Source: Candidatus Omnitrophota bacterium
GTDB taxonomy: Bacteria > Omnitrophota > Gorgyraeia > Zapsychrales > Fredricksoniimonadaceae
Assembly: GCA_043742785.1 (NCBI GenBank)
Contig: JAYTXU010000006.1
Location: 5,269 to 69,268, forward strand
Direction of reading: 5' to 3'
DNA: 64,000 bases
A program made the position numbers and the translations under genes. Positions 1 through 8,316 of this stretch are shown in pieces (the stretch's first letter is position 1; every line of letters starts with the position of its first letter). The notes below the pieces were generated by a model that searched no databases, had not been told where the DNA came from, and worked only from the letters and a program-made list of their open reading frames with translations.

Positions 1-750
1 ACTTTAGATTATATCAAATTTATGACAGATGGATTTCTTGAACTGCATGGGGATCGATTATTTTCAGATGATTTATCGATTATTGGTGGGTTTGCCAAGA
101 TAGATGAACAAAAGGTAATGATTATTGGTCATCAAAAAGGAAGAGATACTAAAGAAAATGTAAAGCGTAATTTTGGTTGTGCGCATCCAGAAGGATATCG
201 TAAAGCCATGCGTTTAATGAAAATGGCCGCTAAATTTCATGTGCCTGTCATTTGTTTGATTGATACGCCAGGAGCGTATCCGGGCATTGGTGCTGAAGAA
301 CGCGGGCAAGCGCAGGCGATTGCTGAGAATTTACGGGATATGTCTGTTTGTGAAACTCCTATTATTGCTACCATTATCGGTGAAGGTGGAAGTGGGGGAG
401 CCTTGGGTATTGGCGTTGCGGATAAGGTTCTTATCTTAGAGCATGCGTATTATTCGGTTATTTCACCGGAAGGCTGTGCATCAATCCTCTGGCGTAGTTC
501 ACTGAAAGCTCCAGAAGCTGCTAAAGCTTTAAAATTGCATGGGGAAGATTTGATTAAACATAAGGTGGTTGATGAAATTATTTCTGAACCTACCGGGGGA
601 GCTCATCGAAATCCCGAGGAGACAGCAGTTAATTTAAAAACCGCCTTGTTAAGAAATTTAAAGAAACTCACCAGTCTTTCTACCAAAGACCTGCTGGAAA
701 ATCGTTACAATAAATATCGTGATATTGGTCAATTCATTGAGAAAAAATGA
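1..750 (+). CDS. accA: Acetyl-CoA carboxylase carboxyltransferase alpha subunit (5' partial)
   Basis: Frame 1 is open from nt 1 (TLDYIKF precedes the first Met), so the 5' end lies outside the window. AccA-type motifs [16 protein letters not shown] and GEGGSGGAL, and the C-terminal GGAHRNP, are present. Confidence 0.9.
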   Translation, partial: TLDYIKFMTDGFLELHGDRLFSDDLSIIGGFAKIDEQKVMIIGHQKGRDTKENVKRNFGCAHPEGYRKAMRLMKMAAKFHVPVICLIDTPGAYPGIGAEERGQAQAIAENLRDMSVCETPIIATIIGEGGSGGALGIGVADKVLILEHAYYSVISPEGCASILWRSSLKAPEAAKALKLHGEDLIKHKVVDEIISEPTGGAHRNPEETAVNLKTALLRNLKKLTSLSTKDLLENRYNKYRDIGQFIEKK

Positions 751-1808
751 AGCAAGACATCCGCAATCTCTCCTTTGAAGAATTAGCCGTCTATTTTCAA
801 TCCATTGGTGAAAAATCATTTCGTGCACAGCAAGTTTTTGAATGGGTCTATAAACAAGGCGTTTGGTCTTTTGGGGATATGAAGAATTTGCCTCAACCCA
901 TACAGGAAAGACTGCAGCAGGATTTTGATTTTCAACCAAACATAATCGCACAGAAGCTTATTTCGCAGGAGGGGACGACTAAGTTTTTATTTGATCTTCA
1001 TGATCCCCTTACGTCTGCAGGCAAGCGTGAAATGATTGAGAGTGTTTTAATTCCCACCGCAACACGGACGACTGCATGTATTTCGACACAGGCAGGATGT
1101 AAATTTGGTTGTAAATTTTGCGCTAGTGGTATTGGTGGTTGGTCTAGAAATTTAACGTGTGCGGAAATTGTTACTCAAGTGTTGCATGTGAAAGAAGAGT
1201 CCCTTAAGCATAAAAGACCATTAACCAATATTGTTTTTATGGGTACTGGCGAACCTTTGGATAATTTCGATAATCTTTTTAAGGCGATTAGGATTATTAA
1301 TTCGGAAAAAGGGATTGGTATTGGGGCCCGTCATATCACTATATCAACCGTTGGACTTGTTCCTAAAATCAAGGAAATTGCTAAAGAAAAACTTCAAGTC
1401 GAGCTGGCTATTTCTTTACATGGCTTTGATAATGAAAGTCGCAATTTATTAATGCCTGTTAATCGCAAGTATCCTTTTGATGAATTGATAGAAGCCTGCA
1501 GAGAACATTTCAAACAGACCAAAAGACAAATTACCTTTGAATATATCTTGATCAAAGATGTGACCTGTACGGATAAAGCTATTCAAAGTCTTAAAAAAGC
1601 ATTCAAGGGTATTGTTTGTAAGATGAATCTTATTCCTTATAATCCTGTTTCAGAATTTGATCATAAAACTCCATCTCGGGATGAAATGTTTGCTTTTAAG
1701 AATAAGCTGGAAGAATTTGGAATTCACGCCACCATCCGTACTCCAAGAGGCAAGGATGTTAATGCTGCCTGTGGGCAGTTACGTCATGCCGCAACAATCT
1801 CTAAATAG
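747..1808 (+). CDS. rlmN: 23S rRNA/tRNA adenine-C2 methyltransferase, radical SAM (RlmN family)
   Basis: Radical-SAM CxxxCxxC ([11 protein letters not shown]) and the C-terminal [11 protein letters not shown] motif typical of RlmN/Cfr. The start overlaps the accA stop by 4 nt (ATGA). Confidence 0.85.
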   Translation: MKQDIRNLSFEELAVYFQSIGEKSFRAQQVFEWVYKQGVWSFGDMKNLPQPIQERLQQDFDFQPNIIAQKLISQEGTTKFLFDLHDPLTSAGKREMIESVLIPTATRTTACISTQAGCKFGCKFCASGIGGWSRNLTCAEIVTQVLHVKEESLKHKRPLTNIVFMGTGEPLDNFDNLFKAIRIINSEKGIGIGARHITISTVGLVPKIKEIAKEKLQVELAISLHGFDNESRNLLMPVNRKYPFDELIEACREHFKQTKRQITFEYILIKDVTCTDKAIQSLKKAFKGIVCKMNLIPYNPVSEFDHKTPSRDEMFAFKNKLEEFGIHATIRTPRGKDVNAACGQLRHAATISK

Positions 1809-1882
1809 AAAAAGACTTTAGAACGTACTTTAAGGGTGTGGTTACTTCATTTAGAAGGTAGAGAGTTCTTAAAAATAATTAT

Positions 1883-2383
1883 TTAAGAAGGATTGCCTTG
1901 CATTTGTTCTACGATGGCGCGCATTTTAGGATTATTCATAAGCTCTTGAGCTTTTGGATTGCCTTCAATGGCTTTAACATCGTGAGACATTACAGCTTTA
2001 ACTAAAGCAGGGTCTGAGAATAATTGCATTAATTGGGGGTCTTGAGCCATCGCCTGAACTTGTTGCATCATTTGAGGGTTATTCATTAATTTAGACTGAG
2101 CAGATTGAATCTTTTGATCAATGTTACCATCAGAAGCAGGAGTAGACCCTTGAGCTTGAGGAACAGGAGCTCCATTAGAAATGCTGGCTACTTGGGAAAC
2201 CAGGATTTTAATATCACCCATTGTAGCAGTGTGAATTGTATAAACGCCGCCACCAACTCCTATTAATTCACCTCTGATTTGAGAGCCATCTTTAAGGGTA
2301 ATTGTTTGGGTTTCTTCCGCAAAGGAATATAGATTGAAGATAGCTACAAAAACTAAACTTATAATCCAAATTTGTTTTTTCAT
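1883..2383 (-). CDS. Secreted protein with small N-terminal beta domain and C-terminal STI1/Hop DP-like repeats
   Basis: Signal peptide MKKQIWIISLVFVAIFNLYSFA|EE. The C-terminus (NPQMMQQVQAMAQDPQLMQLFSDP...NPKMRAIVEQMQGNP) closely resembles the STI1/Hop DP2 motif (DPAMRLILEQMQKDP). Confidence 0.6.
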   Translation of the reverse strand: MKKQIWIISLVFVAIFNLYSFAEETQTITLKDGSQIRGELIGVGGGVYTIHTATMGDIKILVSQVASISNGAPVPQAQGSTPASDGNIDQKIQSAQSKLMNNPQMMQQVQAMAQDPQLMQLFSDPALVKAVMSHDVKAIEGNPKAQELMNNPKMRAIVEQMQGNPS

Positions 2384-2440
2384 AATTAGAGTTTAGCATG
2401 TAAAATCTGGAAATGCAAATCTCAGTAAAATGTGAAAGCT

Positions 2441-2469
2441 TTGACAAATTTTTTGGTCGATGGTATATT
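2441..2469 (+). promoter_or_regulatory. Sigma70-type promoter for the tRNA-Ala/tRNA-Leu pair
   Basis: TTGACA (2441-2446), a 17-nt spacer, then an extended -10 TGgTATATT (2461-2469), about 40 nt upstream of the tRNA. Confidence 0.6.
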
Positions 2470-2508
2470 AACGTCTTATTTTTAGGGGGACGGTTCGTGC
2501 CCCCATTT

Positions 2509-2585
<77 letters not shown>

Positions 2586-2604
2586 AGTTTATTGCAATAG
2601 CTTT

Positions 2605-2688
2605 GCCGAGGTGGCGGAACTGGTATACGCGCTGGTCTCAAAAACCAGTAGCTTCACGGCTGTAAGGGTTCGATTCCCTTCCTCGGCA
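2605..2688 (+). tRNA. tRNA-Leu (anticodon CAA), type II, no encoded CCA
   Basis: Acceptor GCCGAGG/CCTCGGC. Anticodon stem CTGGT/ACCAG with loop CTCAAAA. Long variable arm (TAGCTTCACGGCTGT). T arm AAGGG-TTCGATT-CCCTT. Discriminator A is followed by a T run rather than CCA. Confidence 0.9.
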
Positions 2689-2722
2689 TTTTTTACTTCG
2701 TAAACCTCCTAATCCATTCCAG

Positions 2723-2754
2723 TTGACAATGATTCCTGAGGCTATTATTATAAT
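2723..2754 (+). promoter_or_regulatory. Candidate promoter directly abutting the nifS start codon (possible leaderless mRNA)
   Basis: TTGACA (2723-2728), a 17-nt spacer, then TATTAT (2746-2751), overlapping TATAAT (2749-2754). The ATG is at 2760 and there is no purine-rich SD between. Confidence 0.4.
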
Positions 2755-2759
2755 CGTCT

Positions 2760-3902
2760 ATGAAGAGTCCTATTTATTTAGATTACGCATCAACAACGCC
2801 CACCGAACCGTTAGTATTAGAGGCGATGAGGCCGTTCTTTTTTGAGAGATTCGGCAATGCTTCTAGTCCTCATAGCATTGGCCAAAAGGCCCGCAAAGCC
2901 ATTGAAGATAGCCGTGCTGTTCTGGCTAATTTTATCGGGGCTAAACCTTCCGAAATCATTTTTACCTCAGGAGCAACTGAATCCAATAATCAGGCTGTTT
3001 TAACAATGGCTTTAAGCTTGTTTAACAAAGGCCGTCATGTGATTGTCTCGGCAATTGAGCATCATAGTGTGCTTGAGGGAGCTCATCGTTTAAGTAAGCT
3101 TGGCTTTGAAGTTAGTTTTGTCAAACCGCAAGCGGATGGGATTGTTGATTCAGAGGCTATTGCTGGTTTAATTAAAGAAGACACTATTCTTATTGCCGTT
3201 CATCATGCCAATAATGAGATTGGCACCATTCAGCCTGTAGAAAAAATTGGCGCTTTAGCCCGCGCTAAAGGTATTTGTTTCTTAGTTGATGCTACCCAAA
3301 CAATAGGTCATATTCCAGTCGATGTTCGTCAAATTTCTTGTGATTTATTATCCCTTTCTGCACATAAGTTTTATGGCCCTCAAGGGATTGGAGTTCTGTA
3401 TGTGCGCGAGGGTATTAAAACAGAGCCAAGGCTTTATGGAGGAGATCAGGAAAAGGGGCGTCGTGCTGGCACACTTAATCTTCCTGGAATTGTTGGACTA
3501 GGAAAGGCAGTTGAATTAGTCAAGATTAGTATGGAGAAGGAAGCGAAAGAACAAGCTATTATGCGTGATTATATCATTGAGTATGTACTAAAGAATATTA
3601 ACGGATCGTCGTTGAACGGCCATCGCCAATCGCGTTTACCGAATAATGCTCATTTTTCTTTCGAGAATATTAATGGGGAAGAGTTGGTGACAGCTCTAGA
3701 CATGGCAGGCATTGCTATCTCTCAAGGATCAGCGTGTACTTCAGGTGTTCTTGAGCCATCGCATGTGCTTAAAGCGATAGGGTTGAGCGATCAATTAGCC
3801 TTAGGAAGCCTGCGGGTTAGCTTAGGGCGTTGGACTACTAAAGAAGATGTCGATTATTTTTTAGAGCAGTTGAAATTAAAAGTAGAGAAAATTCGTAAAT
3901 AA
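2760..3902 (+). CDS. Cysteine desulfurase (class V aminotransferase, NifS/IscS-like)
   Basis: N-terminal IYLDYASTTP, PLP-lysine context SLSAHKFYGPQGIGVLY, and catalytic Cys loop SQGSACTSG. Confidence 0.85.
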   Translation: MKSPIYLDYASTTPTEPLVLEAMRPFFFERFGNASSPHSIGQKARKAIEDSRAVLANFIGAKPSEIIFTSGATESNNQAVLTMALSLFNKGRHVIVSAIEHHSVLEGAHRLSKLGFEVSFVKPQADGIVDSEAIAGLIKEDTILIAVHHANNEIGTIQPVEKIGALARAKGICFLVDATQTIGHIPVDVRQISCDLLSLSAHKFYGPQGIGVLYVREGIKTEPRLYGGDQEKGRRAGTLNLPGIVGLGKAVELVKISMEKEAKEQAIMRDYIIEYVLKNINGSSLNGHRQSRLPNNAHFSFENINGEELVTALDMAGIAISQGSACTSGVLEPSHVLKAIGLSDQLALGSLRVSLGRWTTKEDVDYFLEQLKLKVEKIRK

Positions 3903-3999
3903 GGAAATACCCTTCCAGTGACTAGGCCGTCACTGTTCGGGTATAAATTCGCACAGGCTGACTTGACGTCGCTGTGCTCCGAAAGTCAGGTGCTCATTT

Positions 4000-4953
4000 A
4001 TGCACGAAAAACTCATTCATTTTTTAAAACAAACAGATGGCTATGTTTCTGGCGAGGAAATGAGCCAGCAATTAAATATGTCGCGTGCAGCCGTCTGGAA
4101 ATACATGCAGGAATTACGCGCGCAGGGATATGATATTGCAGCAGTGCCTCATTTGGGATATCAATTAGTTTCTTCTCCAGATAAGCTTCTTTCTTACGAG
4201 ATTCAATTTGGTTTGAATACCAAGATCATGGGGCAGAAAATATTTTCATTTGATTCAGTAGGTTCCACCATGGATGAAGCGTTTCGATTGGGCATGGAGG
4301 GTGAACCTGAAGGGACAGTTGTTTGTTCAGAAGCGCAAAGCAAGGGTCGCGGCCGTCTGGGTCGCGTTTGGGTTTCTCCTAAGAGTAAGGGTATTTATTG
4401 TTCCATTATTCTTAAGCCTAAACTTCCTCCCACACAGATGTCACAGGTCACCTTAATGACAGCAGTAGCTTTGGCAGAGGCGGTTCGCAATGTGACAAAG
4501 ATACAGCCAAAGATTAAATGGCCTAATGATTTGTTTATTGGCCCTAGGAAATTAGCAGGAATTTTAACCGAATTGCGCGCCGAGGTGGATCAGGTCAAAT
4601 TTGTCGTCGTAGGAATAGGGATCAATATTAATGCTACCCCTTCGCAGCTATTAGATACAGCTACTTCCTTGAGAATTGAATCCCAGCAATCTATGAATCG
4701 TATTGTAGTTTTTCAAGAACTTTTAAGGAGTATGGAGATTTGGTATAACAAAATCCTTAAAGGAGGCTTCGAAGAAGTCTTACAGTATGCCAGAGAGCAT
4801 TCAGCAACCCTAAAGAAAAGGGTTCGCGTATCTGATTCTAATGGGTATGTGGAAGGGCAGGCTTTTGAAATTGACTCTGATGGAGCTCTTTTGATTCGTC
4901 AGGATAGTGGCAAGATACTTAAAAAAACAGCAGGGGATGTTCTTCCTATATGA
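4000..4953 (+). CDS. birA: Bifunctional biotin-[acetyl-CoA-carboxylase] ligase / bio operon repressor
   Basis: N-terminal winged-HTH (GEEMSQQLNMSRAAVWKYMQELRAQGYDI) plus the ligase motif GRGRLGRVW. It sits immediately upstream of the bio genes. Confidence 0.85.
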   Translation: MHEKLIHFLKQTDGYVSGEEMSQQLNMSRAAVWKYMQELRAQGYDIAAVPHLGYQLVSSPDKLLSYEIQFGLNTKIMGQKIFSFDSVGSTMDEAFRLGMEGEPEGTVVCSEAQSKGRGRLGRVWVSPKSKGIYCSIILKPKLPPTQMSQVTLMTAVALAEAVRNVTKIQPKIKWPNDLFIGPRKLAGILTELRAEVDQVKFVVVGIGININATPSQLLDTATSLRIESQQSMNRIVVFQELLRSMEIWYNKILKGGFEEVLQYAREHSATLKKRVRVSDSNGYVEGQAFEIDSDGALLIRQDSGKILKKTAGDVLPI

Positions 4954-6101
4954 ACACAGAGTTTTTGAATAATGAATTATTAGAACTTGAAACTAAGAAC
5001 TTGCGTCGATCTTTGCGTACAGTGGAAGGCTCACAAGGGAGAAAGATTAGTATCGATGGTAGGTTTGTTTTAAACTTTTGTTCTAATAATTATCTTGGGT
5101 TAGCCGATGATATACGTATTAAACAAGCAGCAAAGAATGCGTTGGATCAATATGGTTTTGGTTCGGGAGCTTCCCGTCTTGTTTGCGGTAACAACAGTGA
5201 GCATATCAAGCTTGAAGAAAAAATAGCTCGTTTGAAGAAAACAGAGAGTGCTCTTGTTTTTTCCAGCGGATATATGGCTAATACGGGCATTATACCCGCC
5301 CTTTATGATAGAGAAGATGTAATTCTTTCTGATAGGCTTAATCATGCTTCCATCCTCGACGGCATTTTGTTAAGCCGTGCCCAATTGAAGCGCTACGTGC
5401 ATAACGATATGCAGGCACTGGAAGCAGAACTTAAAGAGGCAGGCGGTTTTAAGAAACGTTTGATTGTGACAGATACCATCTTTAGCATGGATGGAGATAG
5501 GGCCCATTTAAAAGAGATTGTTAGATTAGCCAAGCAATATGACGCTTGGGTGATGGTGGATGAAGCTCATGGCTTTGGTGTTTTAGGGCAAGATGGTGCG
5601 GGCCTTGCAGCAGAAGAAGGATTGGCAGATAAAATCGATATTCAAATGGGAACGCTCTCTAAAGCAGCGGGATGTTTTGGCGCCTATGTAGCTGGTTCTA
5701 AGGCATTGTGTGATTATCTTATTAATCACAGCCGTAGTTTTATTTATACGACAGCGATGCCTCCGGCGTGTGCCGCTGCAGCGACGGTTGCTATCGATAT
5801 CATCGAAGCAGAACCTGAACGAAGAAAGCAAGTCTTGAGCCATGCCCAGTATCTTCGCCAAGGACTGCAAGCACTAGGATTCGATACAATGGGTTCAACG
5901 ACACCGATTATTCCAATTTTATTAAAAAATTCTGCCAAGGCGCTTGAGGTTTCCCGTTGTTTATTAGAGAAAGGTATTTTTGTTCAGGCTATTCGTCCTC
6001 CCACAGTACCTCTTCACACAGCACGATTGCGCGTGACCGTGATGGCGACACACACCAAAGAAGATTTGGATTTATTTTTAAGAGAAATGAAAGGTTTATA
6101 G
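4950..6101 (+). CDS. bioF: 8-amino-7-oxononanoate synthase
   Basis: Alpha-oxoamine synthase family: DEAHGFGVLG, PLP lysine in GTLSKAAG. Length and bio-cluster context fit. Confidence 0.85.
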   Translation: MNTEFLNNELLELETKNLRRSLRTVEGSQGRKISIDGRFVLNFCSNNYLGLADDIRIKQAAKNALDQYGFGSGASRLVCGNNSEHIKLEEKIARLKKTESALVFSSGYMANTGIIPALYDREDVILSDRLNHASILDGILLSRAQLKRYVHNDMQALEAELKEAGGFKKRLIVTDTIFSMDGDRAHLKEIVRLAKQYDAWVMVDEAHGFGVLGQDGAGLAAEEGLADKIDIQMGTLSKAAGCFGAYVAGSKALCDYLINHSRSFIYTTAMPPACAAAATVAIDIIEAEPERRKQVLSHAQYLRQGLQALGFDTMGSTTPIIPILLKNSAKALEVSRCLLEKGIFVQAIRPPTVPLHTARLRVTVMATHTKEDLDLFLREMKGL

Positions 6102-6103
6102 AA

Positions 6104-6910
6104 ATGCCCACAGCCTACGTTTCCGCTCAAATGGGACATCAATTATATTATGAAATATCCGGACAGGGAGAGCCCCTGGTTTTTATTCATGGGTTTGGCG
6201 GATCTTCTCTATGGTGGGAGAATCAAAAGAAATTTTTTGAAAAAAGATATCAGGTGATCACTATCGATCTGCCTGGACACGGGCAAAGTTCCTGGAAAGA
6301 CGTCAGTCTTCTTGAAATAGCCGCAGGCATTAAACATCTTTTAAAAAGTTTAGATTTACATCGAATTAATATTATTGCCAATTCTTTTGGAGGGCTTGTG
6401 GCCCTAGATCTTTATCGATTAATGAGCGAAGATATTAATCGCATCAGTTTTGTCGGATCTATTCCTAAATTTGCTAGGAGTGAACTTTATCCGGCGGGGC
6501 TTGATATTGATAGAATTCGCAAGCTCAGCCAGCAATTCGACGGAGATTACGCGTCGATTTTGGAAATATTTTTTCGATCCCTCTTTACGATGAAGGAAAG
6601 AGAGTCGGATGTATTTAAGAAGGTTAAAGAAATACGCCAGAGAGAAATTTTACCAAAAAGAGAAGCGTTGAAGGCGTTTTTGGATATTTTAGAAAAAACT
6701 GATTTGCGGGATAGATTAATATCCATAGATTGCCCGGTGCAGTTTATTACAGGTGCGGAAGATTATCTTTGCCCTCGTGAAGTCATGGAATGGGTACAGG
6801 AGCATATGTCTAACGCTAGACTTGATTTTATTGATGGCTGCGGCCACCTGCCATTTTTAACCAGAACAGAAGAATACAATGATCTCCTCCAAAATTTCCT
6901 TATCAACTGA
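6104..6910 (+). CDS. bioH: Alpha/beta hydrolase, probable pimeloyl-ACP methyl ester esterase (BioH-type)
   Basis: HGFGGS oxyanion motif, nucleophile elbow ANSFGG, and C-terminal GCGHLPF. It lies between bioF and bioC. I moved the start to ATG 6104 because the tracked ORF start at 5957 lies inside bioF. Confidence 0.65.
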   Translation: MPTAYVSAQMGHQLYYEISGQGEPLVFIHGFGGSSLWWENQKKFFEKRYQVITIDLPGHGQSSWKDVSLLEIAAGIKHLLKSLDLHRINIIANSFGGLVALDLYRLMSEDINRISFVGSIPKFARSELYPAGLDIDRIRKLSQQFDGDYASILEIFFRSLFTMKERESDVFKKVKEIRQREILPKREALKAFLDILEKTDLRDRLISIDCPVQFITGAEDYLCPREVMEWVQEHMSNARLDFIDGCGHLPFLTRTEEYNDLLQNFLIN

Positions 6911-7664
6911 TCGAGTTCGCCTCAATTTTTCAAAGGCAGCGGATCATTACGATATTTTAACTAGGCTGCAGCGAAATATTGCAGATGAATTATTGCAAAA
7001 GATAGAAGGACTGCAGCCTAAGCAGATTTTAGATATTGGTTGCGGTACAGGATATCTAACAGGGAAGATCAAAGATTGTTTTATTCAAGAGGATGTCTGG
7101 GGCGTTGATTTTTCAGAGGGAATGATTGCTAAGGCAGAGCAGAAATTTCCTGGTATCCATTGGGCGCTTGAAGATGCGCAAGGCCTGTCTTTTAGAAATG
7201 AACAATTTGATTTGGTTGTTTCTAATCTAGCGTATCAATGGGTGGATGATATGCCGAAAGCCTTGAGCGAAGCCTGTCGGGTTTTATCAAGGGAGGGCGT
7301 TTTTACAGCAAGCCTGTTTGGTTTTAATACCTGTAAGGAATTATTTATTTCTTTAAAAGAAACAGGGGCCAGCAAAGAAGATCTTAAACGTTTGCCAACT
7401 GCAGAGATCATTGCGCATTCGCTAGAACATGCAGGATTCCAAACAGCAGATGTAGAGTGTCAACGAGGAAGCATTGGTTTTAAGAATCTTTCGGAGCTTT
7501 TGGAATGGATTAAAGCTATTGGGGCTAATGGATTTTCTAAGGGACAATTCTTAGGGCCTAAGGCTTTAGAAAAGGCTAATCAATATGCACTCAAGAATTA
7601 CCCTCATCCAGAAGGCGTAGCAATTACTTTTGAAGTGATCTTTATTTATGGCAAAAAAAAATAG
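6879..7664 (+). CDS. bioC: Malonyl-ACP O-methyltransferase
   Basis: SAM-binding motif LDIGCGTGYLT, N-terminal FSKAADHYD typical of BioC, and bio-cluster context. Confidence 0.75.
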   Translation: MISSKISLSTDRVRLNFSKAADHYDILTRLQRNIADELLQKIEGLQPKQILDIGCGTGYLTGKIKDCFIQEDVWGVDFSEGMIAKAEQKFPGIHWALEDAQGLSFRNEQFDLVVSNLAYQWVDDMPKALSEACRVLSREGVFTASLFGFNTCKELFISLKETGASKEDLKRLPTAEIIAHSLEHAGFQTADVECQRGSIGFKNLSELLEWIKAIGANGFSKGQFLGPKALEKANQYALKNYPHPEGVAITFEVIFIYGKKK

Positions 7665-8316
7665 ACCAATCTTTATTACAGCTACAGATACGAGCGTCGG
7701 TAAAACTATTACTACCGCTGTTCTTGGACTTTTGTTACAAAACAAAGGGATTAAAGTCGGAGTAATGAAACCTGTGCAGTGTGGGGGTAGCGATGCGCAA
7801 TTTTTGAAGAAAATCTTAAGTCTCAAAGATGACATATCCTTGATCAATCCTTTTTTTGCGCTGGAAGCTTTATCACCGCATTTAGCCCTAAAGAGAGCGA
7901 AGATAAAATTTGATTTAAAGAAGATTAAAGAAGCCTTAGAGCATTTACAGAAGAAATATGATCAGGTTTTGATTGAAGGCGCTGGCGGATTGATGGTGCC
8001 TTTGGAGGGGGGATATTACAATGCGGACTTGATCAGAGACCTCAAAGCTGAGGTGATTATTGTTTCTCGTCTGGGATTAGGAACGATCAATCACACCTTG
8101 CTTACTATTAATCAAGCGAGGGCCTATGGTTTAAAGATTAAAGGAATTATTTTTAGTGAGACTACAGATCGAGTTAAATCTTTAGCAGAGAGAACAAATC
8201 CTAAAGAAATTGAAAAGTTATCGGAGATCAAGGTTCTTGGAATTGTTCCCTATTTAAAACTACTAACGAAAGATAATATTTTACGGCGATGCAAAATAAA
8301 CGATCTAAACTTCTAA
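7648..8316 (+). CDS. bioD: Dethiobiotin synthetase
   Basis: P-loop-like TDTSVGKT, EGAGGLMVP, plus size and context. Confidence 0.85.
   Translation: MAKKNRPIFITATDTSVGKTITTAVLGLLLQNKGIKVGVMKPVQCGGSDAQFLKKILSLKDDISLINPFFALEALSPHLALKRAKIKFDLKKIKEALEHLQKKYDQVLIEGAGGLMVPLEGGYYNADLIRDLKAEVIIVSRLGLGTINHTLLTINQARAYGLKIKGIIFSETTDRVKSLAERTNPKEIEKLSEIKVLGIVPYLKLLTKDNILRRCKINDLNF

Noticed and set aside
3918-4133. 71-aa ORF between nifS and birA
   Set aside because: It reads through the GC-rich hairpins and then out of frame across the birA N-terminus. It has no SD, and birA is the convincing gene.
5957-6103. Upstream extension of the bioH-like ORF
   Set aside because: It lies inside the bioF coding frame. 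The peptide is low-complexity (SSSHSTSSHST), and ATG 6104 directly follows the bioF stop.
7653-7661. A9 homopolymer at the bioC stop / bioD start as a phase-variation switch
   Set aside because: It encodes Lys codons in both overlapping frames of housekeeping genes, and runs of this length are unremarkable in AT-rich genomes. There is no evidence of variation from a single sequence.
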